60,457 nt of DNA. Source: a virus. Its lineage: Duplodnaviria > Caudoviricetes. A program made the position numbers and the translations under genes. Of this stretch, positions 20,618 through 28,636 are shown one piece after another. The number at the start of each line of letters is the position of its first letter. The first letter of the stretch is position 1. The DNA lies in IMG/VR virus record IMGVR_UViG_3300046747_000764, positions 1 through 60,457 of that record, one strand, 5' to 3'. The notes below the pieces were generated by a model that saw only the letters and a program-made list of their open reading frames with translations, ran no database searches and had not been told where the DNA came from.

Positions 20618-21390
20618 TACCGAAGCATCCACACGGCTTGATCGACGATATGCTGAGCGTGTTTAACGCGAGTCTCCACGTCCTGGTTTAGACGCAATTC
20701 GATCGTCTCTCCGAGGTGGCTGTAAAGGAGTCGAATCCAATCGAGGTGCGGCCTCGGCGCCTCAAACCAAGAGCGCAACTCATCTTTGATGGAGCCCATA
20801 GCAACCATGCCGAGGCCATTGCAGTGAAAGAATTCAAACTTGGGATACTGCAGATCCTCAAACACGCGCCACACGCCACTATGACCGCCGAGTCTGGTGT
20901 CATGAAACAGCACGATGGCATCTGCAGTTAGCTTTGGTAGGTAATTCCGGTAATCGGCCAACACGCTTTCGTAGAGATGATCGCCGTCGATATGGAGAAG
21001 ATCTATCGAAGCGTCATCAAATTGGGAGGCGGCGGCAGCAAAGTCGTCTCTGATGAGGGATGAGAATGGGTAACGCTCGTTGACTTGGCCCACCAAGCGA
21101 AACACCTCGTCTCCGTCATATGCAAATCCGCCCTGGTCTCCGGCCCAATTGTCGACCGCTACTGCCGACGTATGGTCAAGACCGAGCCACGAGATGGCCT
21201 GGCAAAGCGAGAAATACGAAAGACCGTTATAGGCGCCAAGCTCGACAACGCGCTTTGGGCGCAAGGTGTCGACCAAGTAGAAGGCGAACGGGATATGTTT
21301 TTCCCAACCGGTTTCGCAGAAATAATCGGGCAGCCAGAAGGATGCGGGGGAGAGGAAATTCACTGCGCCGCCACCGATTCGATCAGACAC
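20617..21390 (-). CDS. Class I SAM methyltransferase (Methyltransf_24-like)
   Basis: VVELG..GLS, IDLLHIDGDH.YE.V..D and FHD motifs. Confidence 0.85.
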   Translation of the reverse strand: MSDRIGGGAVNFLSPASFWLPDYFCETGWEKHIPFAFYLVDTLRPKRVVELGAYNGLSYFSLCQAISWLGLDHTSAVAVDNWAGDQGGFAYDGDEVFRLVGQVNERYPFSSLIRDDFAAAASQFDDASIDLLHIDGDHLYESVLADYRNYLPKLTADAIVLFHDTRLGGHSGVWRVFEDLQYPKFEFFHCNGLGMVAMGSIKDELRSWFEAPRPHLDWIRLLYSHLGETIELRLNQDVETRVKHAQHIVDQAVWMLR

Positions 21391-22526
21391 TCATCGCGAG
21401 CGCGAGCCATAGGAACAGGAAACTTCGGCGTCGCCTCGAGCATTCGCCGAGCGGTCTCGACGATCGTGTGAACCGAGATGTCGCTGATACAGGCCGCGCC
21501 GTTGTTCTCAAAGTTCGGGGTGCATGTCGTAAAGTCAGAATGCAAGCGGTGGCACGGGAAGCACTTAACGCGCTCGGGATCGGCATGTAGCACGGTCGTG
21601 TTGACAGCGTGCTTCCCGATGTTCTCCACGCTCGCGTGACTAACCATCAGGATCTTCGGCAGCGGCTCCATCGCCACCGCCCACCATGGTCCTGTGTCCG
21701 GCGTGATGACGAGATCGCACTGCATCACTTGCGTGAGGCCGCGGCGGATCGGCCATGTGTCCTGCTCTTTGGAGAGCGACATACACGTCGCCAAGCCTTC
21801 GAGCGATCCGGAGTATTGGTGGTTCTCCTGGCGGACCTGGGCTTCGATTTCCTGAGCGATCAGGCGGTCTTTGTCCCACCCGCCGAACAGGGCTACCGTC
21901 ACGCCGAGCTCGCGGATCATTCGAGCAATGGCTATGCCCGCCCGTGGATGCCGTTTATCGATCCGGGTGCCAGAGCACACCCAGCCGATTATAGGGCCGC
22001 GCCCGATCTTCTCGCAGGTCTCGCGAGCCGCGGTTAACTCATCTTCGGTCGGAAAGAACCGTGGGCCGATCGGGTCATAGCCGATCTCGCAGACGTCGTG
22101 AACGGACTCCAGATAACTCCCGGCGCAGCGTTTGCGCCGCAGCGTCTCACCCCAATCGAACTCGGTCTGTCCCGGAAATAGCGCGTGCCGGAACTCGCAC
22201 GAGTGCGACAGGTTACGAAAGAAATCATATTCGGTCGCGCGAACCCGAAACCATTTCTGCCAGTCGTCAGGCGATGTCAGCGGAATGTCCGCGTCCTCTT
22301 TGTTCGTAAGCTTATCAATGTTGGGGTTGTTCTCGAAAACGACCGACCACGGCTTTTTGGTAATGACCTCGACGTGGCCCCATTTGGCCTTTAGGCCCGG
22401 TAGCACAGAAGAGGCGATAAGATTGTCTCCTATGCCACCAAATCGCGCAACACAAGACCATTTATTATTAGGCACCGGACTGTGTCCCGTTGCGTATATT
22501 GTCCGAGCGATTCTCGATCTGGCCAA
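21360..22526 (-). CDS. GT9 (heptosyltransferase-like) glycosyltransferase
   Basis: RFGGIGDNL, NNPNID and DLVITPDTG motifs. Confidence 0.8.
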   Translation of the reverse strand: MARSRIARTIYATGHSPVPNNKWSCVARFGGIGDNLIASSVLPGLKAKWGHVEVITKKPWSVVFENNPNIDKLTNKEDADIPLTSPDDWQKWFRVRATEYDFFRNLSHSCEFRHALFPGQTEFDWGETLRRKRCAGSYLESVHDVCEIGYDPIGPRFFPTEDELTAARETCEKIGRGPIIGWVCSGTRIDKRHPRAGIAIARMIRELGVTVALFGGWDKDRLIAQEIEAQVRQENHQYSGSLEGLATCMSLSKEQDTWPIRRGLTQVMQCDLVITPDTGPWWAVAMEPLPKILMVSHASVENIGKHAVNTTVLHADPERVKCFPCHRLHSDFTTCTPNFENNGAACISDISVHTIVETARRMLEATPKFPVPMARARDECLIESVAAQ

Positions 22527-22653
22527 TGATCAAAATTGCACTGCGTAATTCAGCGCGGGCTTCGACGTAATATCCCAAATTGAATGAGCGCTGCGCTTCT
22601 CTAAGCTGTGTTTTAAAGTCTTCTGCGTCGAGCGGTCTGCCGGCCAGACTCAT
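22468..22653 (-). CDS. Hypothetical protein
   Basis: AGGA RBS, in operon. Confidence 0.45.
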   Translation of the reverse strand: MSLAGRPLDAEDFKTQLREAQRSFNLGYYVEARAELRSAILIIGQIENRSDNIRNGTQSGA

Positions 22654-22656
22654 TTC

Positions 22657-23316
22657 CTATTCCTGAGCCAATGCAGCCAGTTCCGCCGCATGCTTCCGGG
22701 TGGCGGCTTCGCGCACTACTATCGCATTCTCGCGGCGAATGACCTCGGCGAGCCGGCTGTCCACATCGCTGGCGGCAGCTGCGCGCAGAGCGGCTAATTC
22801 CGCCTCCCACTCGCGATGCGCCTCGGCGATCTCGGCTGCGCTCTGGCCGAGACGTGAAACGATCGCGGCTTCGTTGTCCTTAAACCGTCGCTCGATAGCG
22901 GCTTTCGCCTCGTTCATCTGCCGCTCCGAATCGGCGGTACGCTGAGCCAACGCCTGCTCGTCGTCGTGGAGTTTGGTCAACGACGCAGCCAACGAACGCT
23001 CGCGCTGGGAGAGTTTGGCATCGCGTGAGGAATTGGCCGCGTCCTTCGCTGCTGCGTCGCGTTCCTGGTTGACCAGCATGGCTTTGGCAGCGGCTATTTC
23101 TCGCTCCCGCCGATCGAGCGCGGCTACCCGCTCGGCATCGCGCTTTTCCGCCTTGTTGAGTTCTTCCTGTGCGACAGCTATCTCGGCCGACAGCTTGCGG
23201 AGTTCCTCTACGGCGGCCGGGATACTGGTGTCGGCATTCTTTACCCATTCGCGGATTTCGAGCAGTGTGCCGAGCGCGATCGCCTCAGCATTACCCGAAC
23301 CTCTAGATCCCATCAT
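22657..23316 (-). CDS. Coiled-coil protein
   Basis: A/E/R/K-rich heptad-like sequence; GAGGA RBS. Confidence 0.7.
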   Translation of the reverse strand: MMGSRGSGNAEAIALGTLLEIREWVKNADTSIPAAVEELRKLSAEIAVAQEELNKAEKRDAERVAALDRREREIAAAKAMLVNQERDAAAKDAANSSRDAKLSQRERSLAASLTKLHDDEQALAQRTADSERQMNEAKAAIERRFKDNEAAIVSRLGQSAAEIAEAHREWEAELAALRAAAASDVDSRLAEVIRRENAIVVREAATRKHAAELAALAQE

Positions 23317-23331
23317 CGGCGCGTCCTCGGT

Positions 23332-23637
23332 TTAGGGGTTGCTGATGACGGCGATACGGTGGCCAGGCTTGACCCCGACGAACTGCTTGTCCCCTACGTT
23401 GACGGGGCCATTGAACATCGTAGCGACAGGATTCTCGGTGATGACGATCGAGCATCTAGCGTCGGTCGTAAATTGGATAAACCGGGTGTTTCCCGAGAAC
23501 GCCTGGGATTGCAGCGAGCCCACTGTGATGTCGACGATGTGATCGGGCACGGTTGTCGGATACTCCGGCGCCGCGATCGGTTGGCCGCGGGCGTCGATGG
23601 CGCAGGTCGCGAACTCGGAGATATAGAAAGTAGCCAC
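23332..23637 (-). CDS. Small phage protein downstream of portal
   Basis: GTG start with AGGAG RBS; beta-rich 101 aa. Confidence 0.65.
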   Translation of the reverse strand: MATFYISEFATCAIDARGQPIAAPEYPTTVPDHIVDITVGSLQSQAFSGNTRFIQFTTDARCSIVITENPVATMFNGPVNVGDKQFVGVKPGHRIAVISNP

Positions 23638-23654
23638 AGACTGTGCGCTCCTAA

Positions 23655-25253
23655 TTATTGCTTGCCGGTCGGGGCCGAGCCGCCGTTATTCGACGGCCCG
23701 GGCCCCTTCCCCGGCACTCCCGCGCCATTGGCACTGCCGGGCTGTACCGCCGGCGGGGGGTTCGCTGCCACCGCGCTGATAGCGGCGATGTCGGTTACCA
23801 GCACCGGTCCGGTCGTCAGATAGACCATCGGCTCGTCGCCGCCGTCGACCGGATCCAGGCCCAGCACATCGCGCGCCTCGTTCAGCGCGTAGATGCCGTC
23901 CTTGACGTATTTATCTAGTATTGTGGCCTGCGCCTCAGGATCGAGATCGCGCTGTTCGACCCAAGCGAACTCGAGATCCTTGTACCCCATTAGGTTCTGA
24001 ATCACGAGGTCGGCCAATCGCTTGACCCACGCCATAATCGGGGCCAAGCCTTCTTGCAGAGCCACCTCTTGGGCGGTCGCCGCCGTGGCCCGGTTGACCT
24101 GCTGCGTGAATGCACTCGGCGGCAACGAGAACGCATAGCACACGATGCGCGCCAGCCACTCGTCGAAGACGTCCTTATGCGGCGGCTCGGTGAACGGCTG
24201 ATATTTGGCGCCGGCAGGGCCCCAGATCAGCTGGTTCTGGCCGCTAAGACTGCCCTTGATCTTGCTGTCGAACCAGTCCTGGAATTCGGCAATCTGCGCC
24301 GGGCTCCAGCCTTCCGGAGCATTGATGACACCTTGCGGCACGTTGCCGGCAGTAAAATACAGAAGCTGCTTCGCTTGGCGGCGCAGGCCGATGTTTATGG
24401 TGGTCCAAATTTGCTCTACTGGACTCCTGCCATACGCTTTGTGAATCCTTGGGTTGCGCGGCAGATAGATCAGCTGGCCGTCGTTGAATAGAGCGTTGGT
24501 TTCGCCTTCGGCAGTGTTTACCTTATTTCCGTCCTCGAGCAGCACCCAAGGGCGACCGTGAATCACTTGCTCATAAGCCGGCGCGGGCGGCGGCGGGCGG
24601 CGACCCGTCTCATCCAAGAGCACCTTGATAGTGGCGCCGTCTATTTGATCGAGTCCGATGATCTGGCCGCCGCGGTTGCGCCGGATCTCAAGCGCCGGCG
24701 CGTCGATCACCAGCAAATCGTCGATGAGCTTGCGTAGCCACGTCGCAAAGTCGTTATCGTTATCCGGCCTGCGCCAGAATGCAGTTAATTCCTTTATCCG
24801 CCCGTCGCCCGAGCCGTCGGCCGACTCGTCGATCGGCTTGATCTGCCATTCGAGGGCTCCGATCTGGTCTTTGCGCGTCTCAATGGCCAAGCTGACTATG
24901 TCGTAGGCTTCGGCGAGCGCGCGGAGCTCGGCGAAGCCTATTGGTTCGTAGGAGCGTGGGCGGAAATTGGTATTGAAAGCGGTCGGATAATCCCAGGCGC
25001 GCACATTGTGGCGAGCGTCCGGGATTAATGGATAGTTCGGCGAGAAGGCGCCAGACGTCGGTTGAAATACCGTGTCGAATTGCTGGAGGTTACCCCGGTC
25101 GTTGCCGCCGAGGCCGGTCGGGTCGTTGCCGACCGAATAGGAATAGATCGGCGCGCCCTTCTTTGGTTCGCGCTTCGACCGGAAGAACGAGGTCAGCCAG
25201 CTGACCCGATCGGCCAGTGATGTCTGCGTGCCGCCGGGTCCGGGAGAGGGCAT
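23655..25253 (-). CDS. Phage portal protein (HK97-like family)
   Basis: LIDDLLVIDA, IDGATI, YG.SP, YF..GN.P.G.I, ICYAF..PP and LNEAR..LGL.P..GGD motifs; GGAGG RBS. Confidence 0.9.
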   Translation of the reverse strand: MPSPGPGGTQTSLADRVSWLTSFFRSKREPKKGAPIYSYSVGNDPTGLGGNDRGNLQQFDTVFQPTSGAFSPNYPLIPDARHNVRAWDYPTAFNTNFRPRSYEPIGFAELRALAEAYDIVSLAIETRKDQIGALEWQIKPIDESADGSGDGRIKELTAFWRRPDNDNDFATWLRKLIDDLLVIDAPALEIRRNRGGQIIGLDQIDGATIKVLLDETGRRPPPPAPAYEQVIHGRPWVLLEDGNKVNTAEGETNALFNDGQLIYLPRNPRIHKAYGRSPVEQIWTTINIGLRRQAKQLLYFTAGNVPQGVINAPEGWSPAQIAEFQDWFDSKIKGSLSGQNQLIWGPAGAKYQPFTEPPHKDVFDEWLARIVCYAFSLPPSAFTQQVNRATAATAQEVALQEGLAPIMAWVKRLADLVIQNLMGYKDLEFAWVEQRDLDPEAQATILDKYVKDGIYALNEARDVLGLDPVDGGDEPMVYLTTGPVLVTDIAAISAVAANPPPAVQPGSANGAGVPGKGPGPSNNGGSAPTGKQ

Positions 25254-25445
25254 TTGCCAGACTGCCTCCCGTCCCGTTGTTGAAATCGATGTGGAACGCG
25301 CTACGGGCGAAGAGAGGTAGAAACAGCCCGGGCATTTGTATTAAAAGGCGATCAAAGAGCCATCGGTCGGGCGATCGCTGGTAGCAACGAAGGACCGCGG
25401 CCGATTCCCAGAATATCCGAAGCCCGGCGACGGGCGCTGCAGGAC

Positions 25446-25640
25446 TTGGGCGACAAGGTGCGCTCGCGACGCGAGCAGCTCGGCCTCAGCCAGGTCGAAT
25501 TAGCTGATCGAATCGGGACAACTCAGTCGCGAATATCGCAGATCGAACGGGGCGCGACCATGCAGCTGAGCGTCTTGATGCTGTTCCGCATAGCGGAGGC
25601 TCTTGATCGCGAATTGTCGATTAGTCTGAGCCCGCGCTGA
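25446..25640 (+). CDS. XRE-family HTH regulator
   Basis: R..LGLSQ.ELA..IG.TQS.IS.IERG motif; true start may lie upstream. Confidence 0.8.
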   Translation: MGDKVRSRREQLGLSQVELADRIGTTQSRISQIERGATMQLSVLMLFRIAEALDRELSISLSPR

Positions 25641-25645
25641 ACCAA

Positions 25646-25685
25646 AATATTCCGCTTGACGGAATATTCCGCGTGGCGGTATAGC
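25646..25685 (+). promoter_or_regulatory. Candidate sigma70 promoter for the T4SS operon with an inverted repeat over the -35
   Basis: TTGACG (25656-61), 18 bp, TATAGC (25680-85); AATATTCCG-N5-CGGAATATT at 25646-25668. Confidence 0.5.
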
Positions 25686-25802
25686 CGCCGCGTCTGATTG
25701 GAGCCCGTACTCACATCGGGAAACCACCACTCCGCGCCGACGGCGTATTAGGGGAACGGCCGATGATTGACTGTAGCGTAAAACCGCAGTTGGCGCCTAG
25801 TG

Positions 25803-25833
25803 TTTCACGCTTTTTTCACGCTCTTTTCACTTT
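25803..25833 (+). repeat. Three TTTCAC(GC/TT)T direct repeats at 11-bp period
   Basis: Copies start at 25803, 25814 and 25825. Confidence 0.7.
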
Positions 25834-25865
25834 GTGTTGTCGGTCTCGCCTGATCAATTAGTGGC

Positions 25866-26447
25866 ATGTCTCATCGCCGCATAACTCAGCCGATTGTGGC
25901 TCTCATCGTGGCGCTATCGCCGGCGGTCGCTGTCGCCGACGAGTTCCGCGAGTTCCGCGCTAACATGGCCCGCTATGAAAGTGATGGCGGTCAGAACATC
26001 CCAAATTTTCGCTACACCGGGCCGGGCGGAAAGCACACCGCGGGCGGCGTGTGCCAAATGACGAACACGACATGGCGGCGGATCGCGCCTCTCATCGATA
26101 TCGATATCACAAAATTCGACGTAGCTGGAGCGGCCAGCGAGTTCGATCAATGGCGCGTGTGCTGGAAGCTCTGGTCGCTAGAGGGTTACAAGCCGTGGAC
26201 TTGCGACGGCTGTAATCCGAAACTGCGGAAGGCGCTGGCGGCGGCGACAGGTGATCAGAGACACGATTCGCAGCCGGTAATACCCCCGGAGGCGGTAGTG
26301 ACGGTAACCCCGCGCGCGCACGATTGGGATGTCTTCCCGGATCACGATGCGGAACGGCAGCCTTCGCAAGCGCCCGCCCCAGATGCAGCGCCACCGCAGA
26401 CCGACCAGGACGTGGTCGAGAAATCGGAGGAGGAACAGCCGCGATGA
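25866..26447 (+). CDS. Exported Rpf/SceD-like lytic transglycosylase in the VirB1 position
   Basis: Signal peptide; YESDGGQN, G..QM...TW, A.AS..DQ and G.KPW.C lysozyme-fold motifs; Pro/Gln/acidic tail. Confidence 0.7.
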   Translation: MSHRRITQPIVALIVALSPAVAVADEFREFRANMARYESDGGQNIPNFRYTGPGGKHTAGGVCQMTNTTWRRIAPLIDIDITKFDVAGAASEFDQWRVCWKLWSLEGYKPWTCDGCNPKLRKALAAATGDQRHDSQPVIPPEAVVTVTPRAHDWDVFPDHDAERQPSQAPAPDAAPPQTDQDVVEKSEEEQPR

Positions 26448-26505
26448 CGGACCCTAAGTGGTTTAAGCCGATAGTGGCCCCGGCGCTTGCCGGAGGCGGT
26501 CACTA

Positions 26506-26682
26506 ATGGAGACCCTAGAAGCGGCGCTCTCGTGGCTCACCGGATCGTTTGGCAAGGCCGCGATATACCTCATCCTGCTTGTGGGTGGTTTCGCCTGGAT
26601 TACGCACAGCCCAGTCGGTGAGACTGAACGCCCCCTCAGGAACCGCATTAAAAAGTTCTGCCGACGACTCACGGCGAAATGA
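26506..26682 (+). CDS. Short pilin paralogue without a signal peptide (not in ORF track)
   Basis: METLEAALSWLTGSFGKAAIYLILLVGGFAW... versus VirB2 ILTWLTGPFGKAAVAVVVG; GGAGG RBS. Confidence 0.65.
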   Translation: METLEAALSWLTGSFGKAAIYLILLVGGFAWITHSPVGETERPLRNRIKKFCRRLTAK

Positions 26683-26797
26683 ATGACCACAGCACGGCTC
26701 AGGCTAGCTACCGAAAACCGGGTTCTCGCTCCCCGGCTGCCGTGCTGCTCCTCGAGCGAGTTGCGCGCCGCGAGCGGGGGCGCAAGGCCAACCATCG

Positions 26798-27094
26798 ATG
26801 CAACAATGGTCCATACGAGTCGCTGTGTTCGTCTTTGTCGGGCTCCTGCTTTACTCACCCTATTCGGCCTACGCGCAACAGGTCGATCCCACTACGATCG
26901 TCACCGCAATTCTGACGTGGCTCACAGGACCGTTCGGCAAAGCCGCGGTTGCGGTGGTCGTCGGCATCTCGGCGTTCGCCTGCATGCTCGGGCATCATCC
27001 TTATGCAGCCTTGGGATCGTTGGTGCTGGGCTGCTTCCTATTGTTCGGATCGCAATTTTTTGTCGACACATTTGTCGGCGGCGGCGCCGGATAA
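26798..27094 (+). CDS. virB2: VirB2/TrbC pilin
   Basis: Signal peptide ending AYA, WLTGP.G motif, two hydrophobic helices, operon position. Confidence 0.85.
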   Translation: MQQWSIRVAVFVFVGLLLYSPYSAYAQQVDPTTIVTAILTWLTGPFGKAAVAVVVGISAFACMLGHHPYAALGSLVLGCFLLFGSQFFVDTFVGGGAG

Positions 27095-27113
27095 ACAGTA
27101 GGCAGCAAGCGCT

Positions 27114-27380
27114 ATGACCGCCAAACGACCATCAATATGGCGTTCGGCCCTCTTTTATCTGGGTCCTCCGGCAGGTGTTGTCGCAGCGTGGCTGGGAGTA
27201 ATACAGCCCGCGCTTTTTCGGACCCCCCAGTCGGACACAGCAAAAGCTGATCCGGCTCCTGAGGCCGCCCCGACCGGAGAGGTGGTCGGGGCGGCTTCTC
27301 CTTACGAGACGCTCCTCGGCCAGTGGTGCCAGGTGAACGCGTGGTGCCGCGAGCAGCGACCGGCCAGGCAGAATCGGTAG
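27114..27380 (+). CDS. Small membrane-anchored protein
   Basis: Single hydrophobic segment; lies between virB2 and virB3. Confidence 0.55.
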   Translation: MTAKRPSIWRSALFYLGPPAGVVAAWLGVIQPALFRTPQSDTAKADPAPEAAPTGEVVGAASPYETLLGQWCQVNAWCREQRPARQNR

Positions 27381-27386
27381 AATTAA

Positions 27387-27827
27387 ATGGCTATAGGACG
27401 ACAAACTCTAAACGTAGATTTCCCGTGGTTCGCGCGGCGCTTCATTCGTAATACGCTGGGTCAGACCGCGCGCACGATCACGCAAGCGGCGAAGGCAGCG
27501 CGGAGCACTATCGACGAGGCGCCGCTCTTTGTGGCGGATACGCGGCCAGCGATGTTTTTCGGCGTCCCGCACCCAGCGGCCGTCCTCATAATCGCGCTAT
27601 TTGGGGAGAGCATCATCTTCGTTGGGCCGATCTATGCGTTCTGGGTGATCGTCCCGTGGATTGCTCTCCGCGCCCTAGTGCGGAAGGATTACAACGCCCC
27701 GCGCGCGCTTGTCCTATGGATAATGACCAAGGGCATGGCTTGGGAAAGCGCACGGTGGCTTGGCAGCTCGCCTTCCCCGTTTCCGGCCCGGCCCGGCAAG
27801 TATCCTCGAGGAATCTGGTCGCAATAG
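27387..27827 (+). CDS. virB3: VirB3
   Basis: PLFVA.TRPAM.FGVP motif, hydrophobic core, W..SS.SP. Confidence 0.85.
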   Translation: MAIGRQTLNVDFPWFARRFIRNTLGQTARTITQAAKAARSTIDEAPLFVADTRPAMFFGVPHPAAVLIIALFGESIIFVGPIYAFWVIVPWIALRALVRKDYNAPRALVLWIMTKGMAWESARWLGSSPSPFPARPGKYPRGIWSQ

Positions 27828-27832
27828 AAGCC

Positions 27833-27979
27833 ATGACAAATCCAGCTATCGCGCTAGGACATGTGATTCCCTGGGTATTGGTAGCCTGCGCTGTAGCCGC
27901 GGTCGGCGGCATAGCGTGGAACTGGTGGGGACGCAGAAATATCGCTGCCGTCTTTGAATGGTTTAGTAACAGAGGATGA
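27833..27979 (+). CDS. Small membrane protein
   Basis: MTNPAIALGHVIPWVLVACAVAAVGGIAW; ATGA coupling to next ORF. Confidence 0.5.
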   Translation: MTNPAIALGHVIPWVLVACAVAAVGGIAWNWWGRRNIAAVFEWFSNRG

Positions 27980-28182
27980 ATCAACGAATGCCGAAGATAA
28001 CATCTAAACGCCGCGTGCTTGCTCATTACGGCTTCGAGAACGGCGGCTCTGTCGAGATCGCCTGCTCGGGCGATGTGGACACGGCCACAGCTCTTGAAAC
28101 CGCCGCCTCACTTCTCGCGATGAAGCAGAAAGAGCTGGGCGGCAGAGCACGGGCACCGCAGCCGCTAAAGGTGGCGGGATAA
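27976..28182 (+). CDS. Hypothetical protein
   Basis: 68-aa coupled ORF. Confidence 0.5.
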   Translation: MNQRMPKITSKRRVLAHYGFENGGSVEIACSGDVDTATALETAASLLAMKQKELGGRARAPQPLKVAG

Positions 28183-28192
28183 GGGGCGTAAA

Positions 28193-28408
28193 ATGATCTT
28201 GCGGGACCCGCCATACTTTCTGGCTGAGTTAGAGTCCCACAGGCTACGGCGCAAAACGGTCAGGATGGCGCGCAACCGAGCCTTTATAGAGCGCTGCGAG
28301 AACCTCACCGGCAAGAAGTTTGAGACGTACGCCGAGGCAATAGAGGCGTGGGATGAGGCTGGCTATTTCCTGCCGTGGCGTCGGTCGACAAATGCTAAGA
28401 AACGCTAA
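28193..28408 (+). CDS. Hypothetical protein
   Basis: 71-aa ORF with AAGGGG RBS. Confidence 0.5.
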   Translation: MILRDPPYFLAELESHRLRRKTVRMARNRAFIERCENLTGKKFETYAEAIEAWDEAGYFLPWRRSTNAKKR

Positions 28409-28634
28409 GTTAATCGCGGAGCGGTCCCGCGCCATAATCTGGTTTTTGGTCCGGGGATTGATAGAAGGTGCCGCCGCCTTGTTACTGATGTACGGCGGAT
28501 TGTGGAGTTTGCAATATCCGTTTCCCGACAATAATTGGTCATTGTTCGGAATCTGGTGCGTCATTTTCATTATAATAGATTTAACAGTGTCCACTGTGAG
28601 GGATCGTCGCCACAAGTCTCGCCAGCCGAGGTAG
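28392..28634 (+). CDS. Small two-TM membrane protein
   Basis: Two hydrophobic segments; immediately before virB4. Confidence 0.5.
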   Translation: MLRNAKLIAERSRAIIWFLVRGLIEGAAALLLMYGGLWSLQYPFPDNNWSLFGIWCVIFIIIDLTVSTVRDRRHKSRQPR

Positions 28635-28636
28635 CC

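Noticed and set aside
241-23655. Diversity-generating retroelement or shufflon acting on fibre genes
   Set aside because: No reverse transcriptase, no adenine-variable repeat pair and no inverted cassette repeats were seen.
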